From contig DMZH01000002.1 in NCBI GenBank assembly GCA_003484955.1, positions 78,825 through 142,824 on the forward strand: a DNA stretch of 64,000 bases. The letters run 5' to 3'. Below are positions 38,252 to 48,397 of the stretch, in pieces. This DNA is from Candidatus Woesebacteria bacterium. Its GTDB lineage: Bacteria; Patescibacteriota; Microgenomatia; UBA8517. The first letter of the stretch is position 1. Every line of letters begins with the position of its first letter. The notes below the pieces were generated by a model that was not told the origin of the DNA, searched no databases, and worked only from the letters and a program-made list of their open reading frames with translations. The position numbers and the translations under genes are program-made.

Positions 38252-39088
38252 ATGGCCATTGATGAATATTCGGCGACATGGGTTTCCCACTCTTCAATAT
38301 CGGATTTCCTCAAGTGTCCGAGAGCGTATTACCTGAGAAACGTTTATAAAAATCCAAGAACAGGGCATAAGATGACCATAGTCACACCACCTTTAGCACT
38401 CGGACAAGCGGTGCATGAAGTTATAGAATCTTTGGCAATTCTTCCGGTAGAGGAGCGCTTGAAAATATCGCTTGTCAAAAAGCTTGACCCTGTTTGGTTG
38501 AAGATTACCGGTAAAAGGGGTGGGTTTAAAGATAATAAAGAGGAGATGGAATACAAGCAGCGAGGAGTACAAATGCTAATTAATCTTCAGGAAAACCCCG
38601 GTCCCATTTTGGAAAAAGCAATAAAAATAAAATCAAAAATGAACCTGCCTCACTTTTGGCTCAACCAGGATGACGGGATTATCCTTGGCGGTAAAATCGA
38701 TTGGTTAAAATATAACCAGACGGATGATTCGGTGCAAATCATTGATTTTAAAACCGGTAAGAATGAAGAAAAAGAAGACAGCCTGCAGCTGCCGATATAT
38801 CTTTTGGTAGCCACCAACACTCAAAGCAAAAAAGTAGATGGAGCAGCCTATTGGTATTTGGACAGAGACGACGGCATTTTTGAAAAAAAGCTCCCCGACG
38901 CACGCGAGGCCTACGAAAGGGTTTATAAAATTGCAAAAAGAATTCAGCTGGCCCGCAAAATCAACCATTTCAAATGCCCTACGGGCGGATGTTTTGCCTG
39001 CAGACCTTTTGAGAAAATACTTAAAGGTGAAGGAGAGTTTGTGGGAGTAAGTGATACCCGGCAGGATGTTTACATGCTCAATGACTAA
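38252..39088 (+). CDS. PD-(D/E)XK nuclease, Cas4/AddB-like with four Cys
   Basis: SHSSI..F..CPR.YY, G..VH, GKID, IIDFKTG, QL..Y, CPTGGCFAC. Confidence 0.88.
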   Translation: MAIDEYSATWVSHSSISDFLKCPRAYYLRNVYKNPRTGHKMTIVTPPLALGQAVHEVIESLAILPVEERLKISLVKKLDPVWLKITGKRGGFKDNKEEMEYKQRGVQMLINLQENPGPILEKAIKIKSKMNLPHFWLNQDDGIILGGKIDWLKYNQTDDSVQIIDFKTGKNEEKEDSLQLPIYLLVATNTQSKKVDGAAYWYLDRDDGIFEKKLPDAREAYERVYKIAKRIQLARKINHFKCPTGGCFACRPFEKILKGEGEFVGVSDTRQDVYMLND

Positions 39089-40122
39089 ATGTTTTGGGAA
39101 ATGTAGCTTTTAATATCCGTAAAATTAAACATTCCGGCTTTGGGTATCAAAATATATTGTCCGTCGTTGCTTTTGTTTTCATTTAAAACGTTATCCGTTG
39201 TTAATTGAACTTCTGTTTTTGAGTAAATGGCCGGGTCTCCAAATATTTCAATTAAACTTTTAATTTTTCCCAAGCTCAGATCGGTTTTGATCATGTTTGA
39301 TAAAGCATCGATTGTCGAATCAAGTTTTCCCACAGACTTGAGAGATATTAGTTTTTTGGCGATGCCGGCTATTACTGCAAATTGCCGTTTGCTTCTGCCG
39401 AAATCGCTGTCACCGTGGCGCGAGCGGACGAATTTTAGAGCCTCGCTCCCTGTAAGAACCACCGGGCCCTGATTGTAGCTAATTTTTTCATAGCGGCATG
39501 TAAATTGTTTTTCCAGCTCAAACCCGGAATATTTTGCTTTAAATTCATTGATTTCGTTTTCGGTAAAGCCGCAAGTCTCATTTTCAAGACCGGGAATTGG
39601 ATAGAAGGAGTCTGTAAATGCATTTGGGACTTCGACACTAATACCTCCGAGGTTGTCGATAATTTTGGAGTAATTCGTAAAATCCACAGAAATAAAGTTC
39701 TCGATTGGAAGGCCGGTTATCACTTGAAGCGCGGGCCCGACGCTTTGAAAGCCGTTTACCGAAGCCTCGGCGTTTATCTTGCGGTTTGCCTGTGTCCATA
39801 AATCCCTGGGTATGGAGATGAGCGCGTATTTTTTTGTGTTGGTATCGATGTGAAAGACAATTAAACTGTCGGTAAGGCCTCCTCCTGAATGGCCACTGCC
39901 GCCGTAGCCAAGGAGAAGAATATTAAAAACTCCTTTAGTGGCATCAATTGGCTCCGGGGCCGCGTTCGTATAGAAATTGGCAGCCGGACTTAAATCCTTT
40001 TTAACGAATACATTGGATATTTTTAAACTAAGATAAGTAATACCGAAGACCAGAAAAAAAACCGCAACCAGGGCGGCGGCAAAGAGGATGCCATCTTTTG
40101 ATAATTTAATTTTTGGCAGCAT
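39085..40122 (-). CDS. LCP (LytR-CpsA-Psr) glycopolymer transferase
   Basis: NILLLG, LTDSL, ISIPRD, KIN, ID.LGGI, ALKFVRSRH..SDFGRSKRQ; start after the TM-preceding MLPKIK at 40122. Confidence 0.92.
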   Translation of the reverse strand: MLPKIKLSKDGILFAAALVAVFFLVFGITYLSLKISNVFVKKDLSPAANFYTNAAPEPIDATKGVFNILLLGYGGSGHSGGGLTDSLIVFHIDTNTKKYALISIPRDLWTQANRKINAEASVNGFQSVGPALQVITGLPIENFISVDFTNYSKIIDNLGGISVEVPNAFTDSFYPIPGLENETCGFTENEINEFKAKYSGFELEKQFTCRYEKISYNQGPVVLTGSEALKFVRSRHGDSDFGRSKRQFAVIAGIAKKLISLKSVGKLDSTIDALSNMIKTDLSLGKIKSLIEIFGDPAIYSKTEVQLTTDNVLNENKSNDGQYILIPKAGMFNFTDIKSYISQNI

Positions 40123-40159
40123 ATTGATACCAATTATACATATGTGATAGTCTAAAAGA

Positions 40160-40633
40160 ATGAGTAAACCGCTCAAGTTATTCGCTTCTATCCTAGTATG
40201 TTTTCTGGCTGCCGGACTTGGAGCTATATTTACCGTTTCTGCAATTCCGACTTGGTACGCGGGCCTTAATAAACCATTTTTCAGTCCACCCAACTGGCTT
40301 TTTGGTCCTGCCTGGACAATCCTTTATTTATTAATGGGAATTGCACTTTTCCTTGTTTGGCAGAAAGGGACGAAGGATAAAAAAATACGGGAAGCTATAA
40401 AACTTTTTGCAATTCAACTTGCTCTGAACGCTTCCTGGTCGCCTATATTTTTTGGAGCAAAAAATCTTTTTCTGGCTTTGATAGTAATTATTTTTATGTG
40501 GATTTTTATATTAAAAACAATTTTGGCTTTCGCGAAAATCAATAAAACCGCCAGTTATCTGCTTTATCCATATATTGCTTGGGTAAGTTTCGCTTCCGTA
40601 TTAAATTTCTCCGTTTGGTTTTTGAACCGTTAG
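40160..40633 (+). CDS. tspO: TspO/MBR tryptophan-rich sensory protein
   Basis: WY..LNKP.F.PPNWLFGP.WT.LY..MG, QL.LN..WS..FFG, L.PY..WV.FA..LN. Confidence 0.93.
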   Translation: MSKPLKLFASILVCFLAAGLGAIFTVSAIPTWYAGLNKPFFSPPNWLFGPAWTILYLLMGIALFLVWQKGTKDKKIREAIKLFAIQLALNASWSPIFFGAKNLFLALIVIIFMWIFILKTILAFAKINKTASYLLYPYIAWVSFASVLNFSVWFLNR

Positions 40634-40652
40634 ATAATATAATTCTTGTTAT

Positions 40653-41954
40653 ATGGACGCGAAGGCTTCGTCGGTGATGGAAAAGATTACTTCTTTGGCA
40701 AAACGCCGCGGCTTTATCTTTCAGGGTAGTGAAATTTACGGTGGATACCAGGGATTTTGGGATTATGGACCGGCCGGGGTTGAGATGAAAAATAACATCA
40801 AGAAAGAATGGTGGAAATATACGGTTTATGACAGGGAAGATGTGGTCGGAATTGATGCGGCTATCATTATGAACCCCACAGTCTGGGAAAAATCCGGACA
40901 CCTTAAAGCTTTTACCGACCCACTTGTCGAGTGCAAGGTTTGCCACAAAAGAGTCAGGGCGGACAATGAGGAAGCCGTTGCCGATCACGAAAAAACACAC
41001 AAAGATAAAAAAGATATTTGGACAGAGCCAAAAACCTTTAACTTAATGACCGAAGTCCTTCTCGGAACCACGGAGCCTAAAGAAAAATCATATCTCAGAG
41101 GAGAGATCACACAAGGAGCCTTTGTTGATTTCAGGAATGTAGTTGACTCTACCCGAGTCAGGATTCCTTTTGGAATCGCTCAAATAGGAAAGGCTTTCAG
41201 AAATGAAATTACTCCGGGCAATTTAACTTTCCGCTCCCGCGAGTTTGAGCAGATGGAGCTTGAATATTTTGTAAAGCCGGATGAGGAGGACAGTAAAAAA
41301 ATCTTTGAATACTGGAAAGAAAAGAGAAAAAGATGGTATGAGGATTTGGGAATTGATCCTAAAAAATTAAGGTTCCACGATCACGAACCCGAAAAGAGGG
41401 CTCACTATGCCAAATATGCCACCGATTTGGAATATGAAGCACCTTTCGGCTGGAGCGAGTTTGAAGGAATCCACCACAGGGGAGACTTTGATTTAGGCAA
41501 TCACAATCTTTCCTATAGAGACAATCTGACCGGAGAAGAGTACACGCCTTGGGTAATCGAAACTTCGGGCGGGGTGGACCGGGCAATGCTTTTCTTCCTT
41601 ATTGATGCATACCGTGAGGATGGAGAAAGAATTTACCTTAAGCTCAATCCCAAAATTGCTCCCTACAAAGTTGCCGTTTTCCCTCTTTTGGCCAATAAAC
41701 CTGAACTTCTGGCTAAAGCCAAAGAAATATACAAAAATCTTAAGCAAAAATTAAACGTTGTTTGGGACGACAGGGGAAACATCGGCAAGCGCTATTTTGC
41801 ACAGGATGAGATAGGGACTCCGTGGTGTGTAACGGTTGATTTTGAGTCCTTAAATGATGCTACAGTGACCGTACGCGATAGGGACAGCGCCAAGCAGGAA
41901 AGAATTGCCATTGACAATTTGACAGAATATTTTCAAAATAAGTTAGCAGCATGA
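40653..41954 (+). CDS. glyQS: Glycine-tRNA ligase, alpha2 type
   Basis: AKRRGF....EIYGG, SGH...F.DP, PFGIAQIGKAFRNEITP...FRSREFEQME, IGKRY..QDEIGTP. Confidence 0.95.
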   Translation: MDAKASSVMEKITSLAKRRGFIFQGSEIYGGYQGFWDYGPAGVEMKNNIKKEWWKYTVYDREDVVGIDAAIIMNPTVWEKSGHLKAFTDPLVECKVCHKRVRADNEEAVADHEKTHKDKKDIWTEPKTFNLMTEVLLGTTEPKEKSYLRGEITQGAFVDFRNVVDSTRVRIPFGIAQIGKAFRNEITPGNLTFRSREFEQMELEYFVKPDEEDSKKIFEYWKEKRKRWYEDLGIDPKKLRFHDHEPEKRAHYAKYATDLEYEAPFGWSEFEGIHHRGDFDLGNHNLSYRDNLTGEEYTPWVIETSGGVDRAMLFFLIDAYREDGERIYLKLNPKIAPYKVAVFPLLANKPELLAKAKEIYKNLKQKLNVVWDDRGNIGKRYFAQDEIGTPWCVTVDFESLNDATVTVRDRDSAKQERIAIDNLTEYFQNKLAA

Positions 41955-42616
41955 AAAAAACTTTACCGATAATTGTCGGAGCCCTGGTTTTAGTGGTTCT
42001 TGTAGTTGGATTTGTTATCAAAGGTAAAAACAAAGCTTCAAATACTTCCGAAAATGATGACATCTCAAATGTTCCCGTTCTTTCCGAGTCCGAGTGGCCA
42101 GCCATTAGCCTTACTCCAACCAACAAGTCCGGAATTTCAGGATCCGACGGACACTGGCTGAATTTTAAAGTTGAAAAAATCAACGTTTCCGGAGCGGCCT
42201 CGATGGACTACCTGATGGTCTATAGCACCAGCGATGGAGGCCAACAGGGCGTGCCGGGGACCGTTAAACTAACAGATACCAGTATAGAAAGGATGCTCCT
42301 TTTGGGCTCGGAGTCATCCGGAAAATTCAGGTATGATGCGGGAGTTGAGCAGGGCACGATGACTATTACTTTCAGGGACGGGAATGGAAAAATGATAGGA
42401 AAGCTGACCACGGATTTTCATCTCCAATCAGGTGTCACGGAACTAACCTCTGTTGACGGGATTTTTAAGTATACCCTGGATAAAATTGCCAAAAATGTTT
42501 ACTTTGTAACAATGAAAACATATAAGGAACCCTCCGTAGCCCCAGTTGTTTGGCAGAACGGCTATGGAGTTTTTGCTTCAGATGGTCTTGCCCACACAGG
42601 GGAACTTGGTCAGTAA
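41951..42616 (+). CDS. Hypothetical membrane-anchored protein
   Basis: N-terminal TM; LLLGSESSGKFRYD segment; coupled to glyQS. Confidence 0.75.
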   Translation: MKKTLPIIVGALVLVVLVVGFVIKGKNKASNTSENDDISNVPVLSESEWPAISLTPTNKSGISGSDGHWLNFKVEKINVSGAASMDYLMVYSTSDGGQQGVPGTVKLTDTSIERMLLLGSESSGKFRYDAGVEQGTMTITFRDGNGKMIGKLTTDFHLQSGVTELTSVDGIFKYTLDKIAKNVYFVTMKTYKEPSVAPVVWQNGYGVFASDGLAHTGELGQ

Positions 42617-42697
42617 TCTTCATTCAAATATTCCGGTAATAACCATATAAAGATCTTCCGTGAAGCGGGTCTTGACAGCACCGTGAAAATAATATTA

Positions 42698-42723
42698 AAT
42701 GGTTGTTAATGGTGAGAAATGGT
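42698..42723 (+). promoter_or_regulatory. Putative MraZ-binding direct repeats (dcw box)
   Basis: AATGGT at 42698, 42708 and 42718 (10-bp period) upstream of mraZ; TTGACA at 42672-42677. Confidence 0.7.
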
Positions 42724-42762
42724 AATTACTGTTTCTAACCACATCTGCCCAGATGAAAAGAA

Positions 42763-43200
42763 ATGTTTTTAGGTACATATTTGGTGAGCGTGACTTCGGG
42801 GAAAAGAATCTCCATTCCTTCTGTCTTTCGGGAAAATCTGGGAAAAGAATTGATTTTGTCGCAGTGGTACGAAGAATGTCTGGTTCTTGTTGGTAAAAGC
42901 TCTTTAAATACACTTTTAGGGAGGGTTACGGGGGATCAAAGAACAATAATTGAGCCCATAAGAAAGACCGAACATTTCATTTTTGCGTCTTCTTATGAAG
43001 TTGTTCCCGATGATCAGGGCCGGATAGTAGTACCCGACAGGCTGGTGGCTTATGCAAATCTGAAAGATCAGGTTTACTTTTTGGGAGTTGGCGATCGGGT
43101 AGAAATTTGGAATAAAGAGATTTGGGAAGAGCGGGAAAAAGAAGTGGCCAAAGACGCAGCCAGTTATATTGAAGATCTGGCAAAAAGAAATGAAAAATGA
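42763..43200 (+). CDS. mraZ: Division/cell-wall cluster regulator MraZ
   Basis: MFLG.Y, RISIP..FR, D.QGRI..P, F.GVGDRVEIW; first gene of the dcw cluster. Confidence 0.92.
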   Translation: MFLGTYLVSVTSGKRISIPSVFRENLGKELILSQWYEECLVLVGKSSLNTLLGRVTGDQRTIIEPIRKTEHFIFASSYEVVPDDQGRIVVPDRLVAYANLKDQVYFLGVGDRVEIWNKEIWEEREKEVAKDAASYIEDLAKRNEK

Positions 43201-44068
43201 ATTTCACGAATCAGTATTAGTTAAAAAGGCTATAGAGGCCTTGCACATTGAAAAAGGTAGTAAATATATTGACGCAACACTCGGAAATGCGGGGCATACT
43301 TTGGAAATCTTGAATTTGGGAGGAATGGTTTTAGGAATAGAGATCGACCCCAAAATGCTTGAAATAGCCGAAGGAAGGCTGAAAACTGCTAATAAAAAGG
43401 ATTTCAAGCTAGTTGGAGGGAACTTTACCGAGATTGACAGAATTGCCAAAGAAAACGGCTGGTACCCTGTTGCCGGAATTCTTTTTGACCTTGGTGTAAC
43501 AAATTTACACTTGAAAGATCTCGAAAGAGGGTTTTCATTTGGTAATTCAGAGGCACCATTAGACATGAGAATGAATCCGGAAACTCAGGGAGTAAAGGGG
43601 TCCGATCTTTTAAATGTTTTGAGGGAGGATCAGCTGAGGGATCTTTTTGAGGCAACAATGGAGCCTGGAGCGGCGAAATGGATTTCGGGTCGGGTTATGC
43701 ATTCGAGAATGGATAAACCCATAGAAACGGTCGGAGACCTTTTGGAAATTTCCGAGGGACTTAAAGTTGGCAAGCCGGGATTAAATGAGGCAACTTTGCC
43801 GTTTTTAGCCGTCAGGATTGCGGTCAATAGCGAGTTGACCAATCTGGAAGAGGTTTTACCTAAGGCGTTTGACTTGATTGAAAAAGGCGGAAGGCTGGTT
43901 GTTATAAGTTTTCATTCAAAGGAGGACGTTTTGGTTAAGAACTTTTTTAAAGAAATGACAAAAGTGGGGGCAAAACAGATAACTTTTAAACCCATCATGG
44001 CTGAGGCTGATGAGATTGGAATTAATAGAAGAGCCAGGAGCGCAAAGATGCGGGTTTTAGAAAAATAG
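43190..44068 (+). CDS. rsmH: 16S rRNA m4C1402 methyltransferase
   Basis: H.SVL, IDATLG.AGH, FDLGV, RGFSF, PLDMRM, RIAVNSEL, VISFHS.ED, N.RARSAKMR. Confidence 0.95.
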   Translation: MKNEFHESVLVKKAIEALHIEKGSKYIDATLGNAGHTLEILNLGGMVLGIEIDPKMLEIAEGRLKTANKKDFKLVGGNFTEIDRIAKENGWYPVAGILFDLGVTNLHLKDLERGFSFGNSEAPLDMRMNPETQGVKGSDLLNVLREDQLRDLFEATMEPGAAKWISGRVMHSRMDKPIETVGDLLEISEGLKVGKPGLNEATLPFLAVRIAVNSELTNLEEVLPKAFDLIEKGGRLVVISFHSKEDVLVKNFFKEMTKVGAKQITFKPIMAEADEIGINRRARSAKMRVLEK

Positions 44069-44090
44069 TGTTTTTACAAAAATAAAAATT

Positions 44091-44417
44091 ATGATAAGAA
44101 GAAAAAATTTTAACAGTCACGACAAAGGAACGTCGGCTTGGAAAATGAAGAAATACATGTTACTTGCCGTAGGGGCGGTTTTGGCAATTTCATCCGTTTT
44201 TATGACTGTTGAAACAGCAACCTCGGGAGTGGAAGTTTCCAGCCTTAGGCAAAAACAAGGTGAACTTTCCATGGAAAAAAGAAATATGGAAAGCACTCTT
44301 GTTCGTTCACTTTCCATAAACGGTTTGGAAGAAAAAAGCGGTGAGATGGGTTATATAAAACCAAACATGATGGTATATGTTTCTCAGTCTCAGGAGGCTA
44401 TGGCTAAACTTCCATAG
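44091..44417 (+). CDS. FtsL-like bitopic coiled-coil protein
   Basis: Lies between rsmH and ftsI; one TM plus coiled coil; ends ..MGY..P. Confidence 0.65.
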   Translation: MIRRKNFNSHDKGTSAWKMKKYMLLAVGAVLAISSVFMTVETATSGVEVSSLRQKQGELSMEKRNMESTLVRSLSINGLEEKSGEMGYIKPNMMVYVSQSQEAMAKLP

Positions 44418-44419
44418 AT

Positions 44420-46129
44420 ATGCCTGTAAAAATTCGCTTACTTTCGGTCCTTTTTATAATACTTTTCCTGGCGTTGACGGCAAGACTTTTCTATTGGCAG
44501 GTTATTAAAGGCAGCACGCTTGCGGATCAGGCAAGAAATCAGCATAGCACCTCGACAGTGACCACTGCTCCCCGTGGAAATATTCTGGCTTCAGACGGGA
44601 CTCCTTGGGTTGCAAGGGCTCCTTCCTGGAATCTTTGGGTAAACCCTCATCTTTTGAACCTTTCAGCTCCGGAGGTATCAGGCAAACTTGCACCGCTTTT
44701 GATGGATGAAGAAGGGGATACTGATGCGCTTACAAACGAAAAAGAAAGACTCCGAATCCTTTTGGAAAAAGATTCGAATTGGGTTTCATTAAAGCAAAAA
44801 ATAGATGACAGCATCAAAATAAACATTGAGGCTTTGGATATTGAAGGGATTGGGTATGACGCTGCGGAAGCTTCGTTTTATCCCGAATCGTCCTCCGCGG
44901 CCCAGCTTTTGGGGTTTGTGGGAAAGGATAATGACGGAGCCGATATCGGCTACTTCGGATTGGAGGGGTATTACAACCTTCCTCTGAGCGGAAAACCGGG
45001 TTTTGTGGGCGGCGAAAAAGATGCAAAGGGTTCACCAATACTCCTTGGCGGCACTACACAGATCTCAGCAATTTCGGGAGTGGACCTTTTGACCAGTATT
45101 GACAAAAGAGTCCAGATTGTTGTCGAAGACGAGCTTGCAAAAGGAATTGAAAAATATGGAGCCGCCGGAGGCAGTATTACAATAATGGATCCTAAAAGCG
45201 GGAAAATTTTAGCAATGGCAAGCCTTCCTTCGTTCGATCCTGCTGATTATGGTTTATACAATGACTCTCTTTTTAAAAACCCCGTCATCAGCAACACTTT
45301 CGAACCGGGATCGATCTTAAAAGTTGTGGTAATGGCTGCCGGACTGGATGCGGGCGTGGTGGAGCCGGATACACCTTGTGATATTTGCAGCGGCCCCTTG
45401 AAGCTGGATAAGTATTTTATTAAAACCTGGAATGATAAATATACGGCAGATATATCCATGACAGATGTAATAGTGGAGTCGGATAACATCGGAATGTCTT
45501 TCGTTGGCCAAAAACTGGGGACAGATACCCTTTATGATTATTTTGTTAAATTCGGAATTGGACAAAAAACAGGCATAGATTTACAGGGTGAAGTAGCACC
45601 CAAACTGAGAGAAAAAGGAACCTGGAATGTGGTGGACCTGGCAACAGCCAGTTTTGGTCAGGGAGTAGCCGTTACCGGAATTGAAATAGTGAGGGCAGTA
45701 TCCGCCATAGCCAATGGCGGCTATCTTGTCACTCCGAGGGTTGTAACTGCCGTAAACGGAGACGGTTGGGAGGAAAAAATAGAGGCAGATCCTCCTGTCA
45801 GAATAATTAAACAGCAAGCCGCGAAAGAAATTACCCAGATGATGGTTGAAGCGGCTGAGCGCGGTGAGGCTAAATGGGTTAAAATCCCGGGCTTTAAGGT
45901 TGCCGGAAAAACGGGTACGGCCCAAATTCCGGTTGCGGGGCATTATGACGCAACAAACACAATTCATTCGTTTGTCGGTTTTGCTCCTGCCGGCAATCCT
46001 AAATTTGTAATGCTTGTTACGCTCAACTCCCCACAGAGTTCGCCCTGGGCCGCGGAAACCGCGGCTCCCCTTTGGTTTGCAATCGCAAAAGATCTTTTCC
46101 CATATTTTGGGATTCAGCCTGAGGGGTGA
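44420..46129 (+). CDS. ftsI: Class B penicillin-binding protein (FtsI-like)
   Basis: PRG.I, G..GLE..Y, EPGSILK (SxxK), SDN, GQG, KTGT. Confidence 0.93.
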   Translation: MPVKIRLLSVLFIILFLALTARLFYWQVIKGSTLADQARNQHSTSTVTTAPRGNILASDGTPWVARAPSWNLWVNPHLLNLSAPEVSGKLAPLLMDEEGDTDALTNEKERLRILLEKDSNWVSLKQKIDDSIKINIEALDIEGIGYDAAEASFYPESSSAAQLLGFVGKDNDGADIGYFGLEGYYNLPLSGKPGFVGGEKDAKGSPILLGGTTQISAISGVDLLTSIDKRVQIVVEDELAKGIEKYGAAGGSITIMDPKSGKILAMASLPSFDPADYGLYNDSLFKNPVISNTFEPGSILKVVVMAAGLDAGVVEPDTPCDICSGPLKLDKYFIKTWNDKYTADISMTDVIVESDNIGMSFVGQKLGTDTLYDYFVKFGIGQKTGIDLQGEVAPKLREKGTWNVVDLATASFGQGVAVTGIEIVRAVSAIANGGYLVTPRVVTAVNGDGWEEKIEADPPVRIIKQQAAKEITQMMVEAAERGEAKWVKIPGFKVAGKTGTAQIPVAGHYDATNTIHSFVGFAPAGNPKFVMLVTLNSPQSSPWAAETAAPLWFAIAKDLFPYFGIQPEG

Positions 46130-46147
46130 TACAATACTTTTATTGTT

Positions 46148-47404
46148 ATGTCGAAATTTATAATAGTCGGCGGCAACAAGCTTGAGGGAAAAATTAAGCT
46201 TTCCGGTAATAAAAACTCGGCTTTGAAGTTAATTCCCGCCGCACTTCTTGCCGATTCCCCCACGACCTTAACTAATGTGCCTGAAATTTCCGATGTTTCC
46301 GTAATGCTTGACCTTGTTTCAAAGCTTGGGGTTAAGGTTACAAAACGCGACCATGAAGTGACAATTGATCCTCAAGGGTTAGATTCTTTTGATCCGGATC
46401 CTGATTTGTCCGCGAAATTTAGAGCCTCCGTCGTTTTAGCTGCGCCTCTTTTGGTTCGGTTTGGGAAGGCAGTTGTAACTCCTCCCGGGGGAGACCAGAT
46501 CGGGGAAAGACTTCTTGATACCCATTTTGCCATGATGCAAAAGATGGGAGTGGAAATTAAGCGCACTGACGGGAGATATTTTTTGAACTGGAAGAAAAAA
46601 GTGTCCCCTGACATTTTTTTGGATGAGCCGTCCGTTACGGCTACTGAAATGGGACTTATAATGGCATCCTCCATGCCTGACGGTATAACTATCGACGATG
46701 CCGCAACAGAACCGCATGTTCTGGATTTGGCAAAAATGCTTTCCAAAATGGGTGCGGACATTTCCGGAATAGGATCCAATGTCTTAAAAATCAGAGGGGG
46801 AAAACTGCACGGAGTTGAGCACAGAGTCTGTCCGGATCATATTGAGGGCGGCACTTTTGCAATAGCGGCAGCCATAACCGGCGGAAAAATAGAAATAGAA
46901 GACTTCGACTTCAGGCAGTACCCCATGATGTTAAATTACTTGGGCTATATGGGTGTGAATTATAAACCCGGAGAAAATTCCCTTACGGTACTGCCTTCCA
47001 AACTGGTTTCTACTCGTGGAAAGTTTCAGACAAGGCCCTGGCCAGGTTTTCCGACTGATTTAATGAGCCCTTTCATTGTTCTTGCAACGCAGACTAAAGG
47101 CACTGTTGTCTGCCACGACTGGATGTATGAATGGAGAATGTTTTTTGTGGACGATCTTATTTCGATGGGTGCGAAAATATTTATCGCTGACCCCCATAGG
47201 GTTATAGTCAGCGGCCCGACGCCACTTATGAGTGACAGGCTTTTTTGTAAAGACATAAGAGCCGGTATTTCGGTAATTTTAGCCGCTCTTGCGGCTTCGG
47301 GCAGAAGTGAAATAGAAAATGTAGAGGTTGTTGCCAGGGGGTATGAAAATATTGGACAAAGACTTCGTTCGCTAGGAGCGGAGATTTTTGAAAAGAATGA
47401 GTAA
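46148..47404 (+). CDS. murA: UDP-GlcNAc 1-carboxyvinyltransferase, Asp-type active site
   Basis: SG.KNSAL, RAS, PGGDQIG.R, SVTAT, PD.IE.GT, PWPGFPTD, DIRAG, RGYE. Confidence 0.95.
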   Translation: MSKFIIVGGNKLEGKIKLSGNKNSALKLIPAALLADSPTTLTNVPEISDVSVMLDLVSKLGVKVTKRDHEVTIDPQGLDSFDPDPDLSAKFRASVVLAAPLLVRFGKAVVTPPGGDQIGERLLDTHFAMMQKMGVEIKRTDGRYFLNWKKKVSPDIFLDEPSVTATEMGLIMASSMPDGITIDDAATEPHVLDLAKMLSKMGADISGIGSNVLKIRGGKLHGVEHRVCPDHIEGGTFAIAAAITGGKIEIEDFDFRQYPMMLNYLGYMGVNYKPGENSLTVLPSKLVSTRGKFQTRPWPGFPTDLMSPFIVLATQTKGTVVCHDWMYEWRMFFVDDLISMGAKIFIADPHRVIVSGPTPLMSDRLFCKDIRAGISVILAALAASGRSEIENVEVVARGYENIGQRLRSLGAEIFEKNE

Positions 47405-48392
47405 AATTCCCAATATTGTCATTATTGGAGGAGGGACGGGTTCGTACGTTGTTGCTTCGGGATTAAGCCGCGCTCCTGTTCACATTACAATGTTGATGAC
47501 AATGGTGGATGATGGAGGTTCAAACCGAATAATCCGCGACGAATTCGGTCTACTTCCGACCTCAGGCATCAGACAGGCAATAGTTGCCCTGTCTGAAAAC
47601 AAAACCGTTTTGAGAAAATTGTTTACATACCGCTACAGCAAAGGAGGAGAGGGTTTGGACGGGATGACATTTGGGAATCTATTCATGGCTGCAATGGCTG
47701 ACATAATGGGTTCGCAAAAAAAAGGGATAGAAGAAACCTGCAGACTTTTACAGGTAAAAGGGGATATTATTCCGATTAGCTATGACAATGCCAGATTAAT
47801 GGCTAAATATGAAGACGGTTCCGAGGCCGTCGGCGAACACAATATAGATATATCCAGAAGTGCAGGAGTCAGAATTAAGAATCTGAAGATTTTACCGGCT
47901 GTGAAGTTAAATTCCAAGGCAAAAAAGGCAATTTTGGAAGCAGACATCATAATTATCGGACCGGGAGATTTTTATACCAATACAATTGCTAACCTGGTGG
48001 TTGACGATGTCGTAAATGCTTTAAAAAAATCCAAAGGAGAAATTTTGTTTATAGCCAATTTAATGAATTCACGCAGCGAAACTCCGGGATATGCGTTATC
48101 GGATTTTTTTGCCGACCTGAAAAAATATATGCCGCTTGGTCTGGTGAAAAAAGTCTTGGTTAACAACAACAATAATTTTCCAAAGCCCGCTCTTAAAGCT
48201 TATGCGCTTGAAAACACATTTCCTGTAAAAGATGATTTAAAGACTAAAATTTTTGGTAATGGAGTTAAAATAATCAGAACAGACCTCCTTTCCGATAAAA
48301 TTCCAAAGAAAGAAAAAGGGGATGCTCTCAACAGAAGTATGATACGCCATGATCCGGATAAACTTCGTGCGGCAATTTTGAATAGTTTTTAA
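47397..48392 (+). CDS. yvcK: YvcK/GlmR (CofD-like) protein
   Basis: IGGGTG, DDGGS, FGNL, GEH.ID, IGPG..YT, RHDP.KL. Confidence 0.88.
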   Translation: MSKIPNIVIIGGGTGSYVVASGLSRAPVHITMLMTMVDDGGSNRIIRDEFGLLPTSGIRQAIVALSENKTVLRKLFTYRYSKGGEGLDGMTFGNLFMAAMADIMGSQKKGIEETCRLLQVKGDIIPISYDNARLMAKYEDGSEAVGEHNIDISRSAGVRIKNLKILPAVKLNSKAKKAILEADIIIIGPGDFYTNTIANLVVDDVVNALKKSKGEILFIANLMNSRSETPGYALSDFFADLKKYMPLGLVKKVLVNNNNNFPKPALKAYALENTFPVKDDLKTKIFGNGVKIIRTDLLSDKIPKKEKGDALNRSMIRHDPDKLRAAILNSF

Positions 48393-48397
48393 AAAAT

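Noticed and set aside
38252..39088. CRISPR-Cas system suggested by the Cas4-like gene
   Set aside because: No repeat-spacer array or other cas gene in the window
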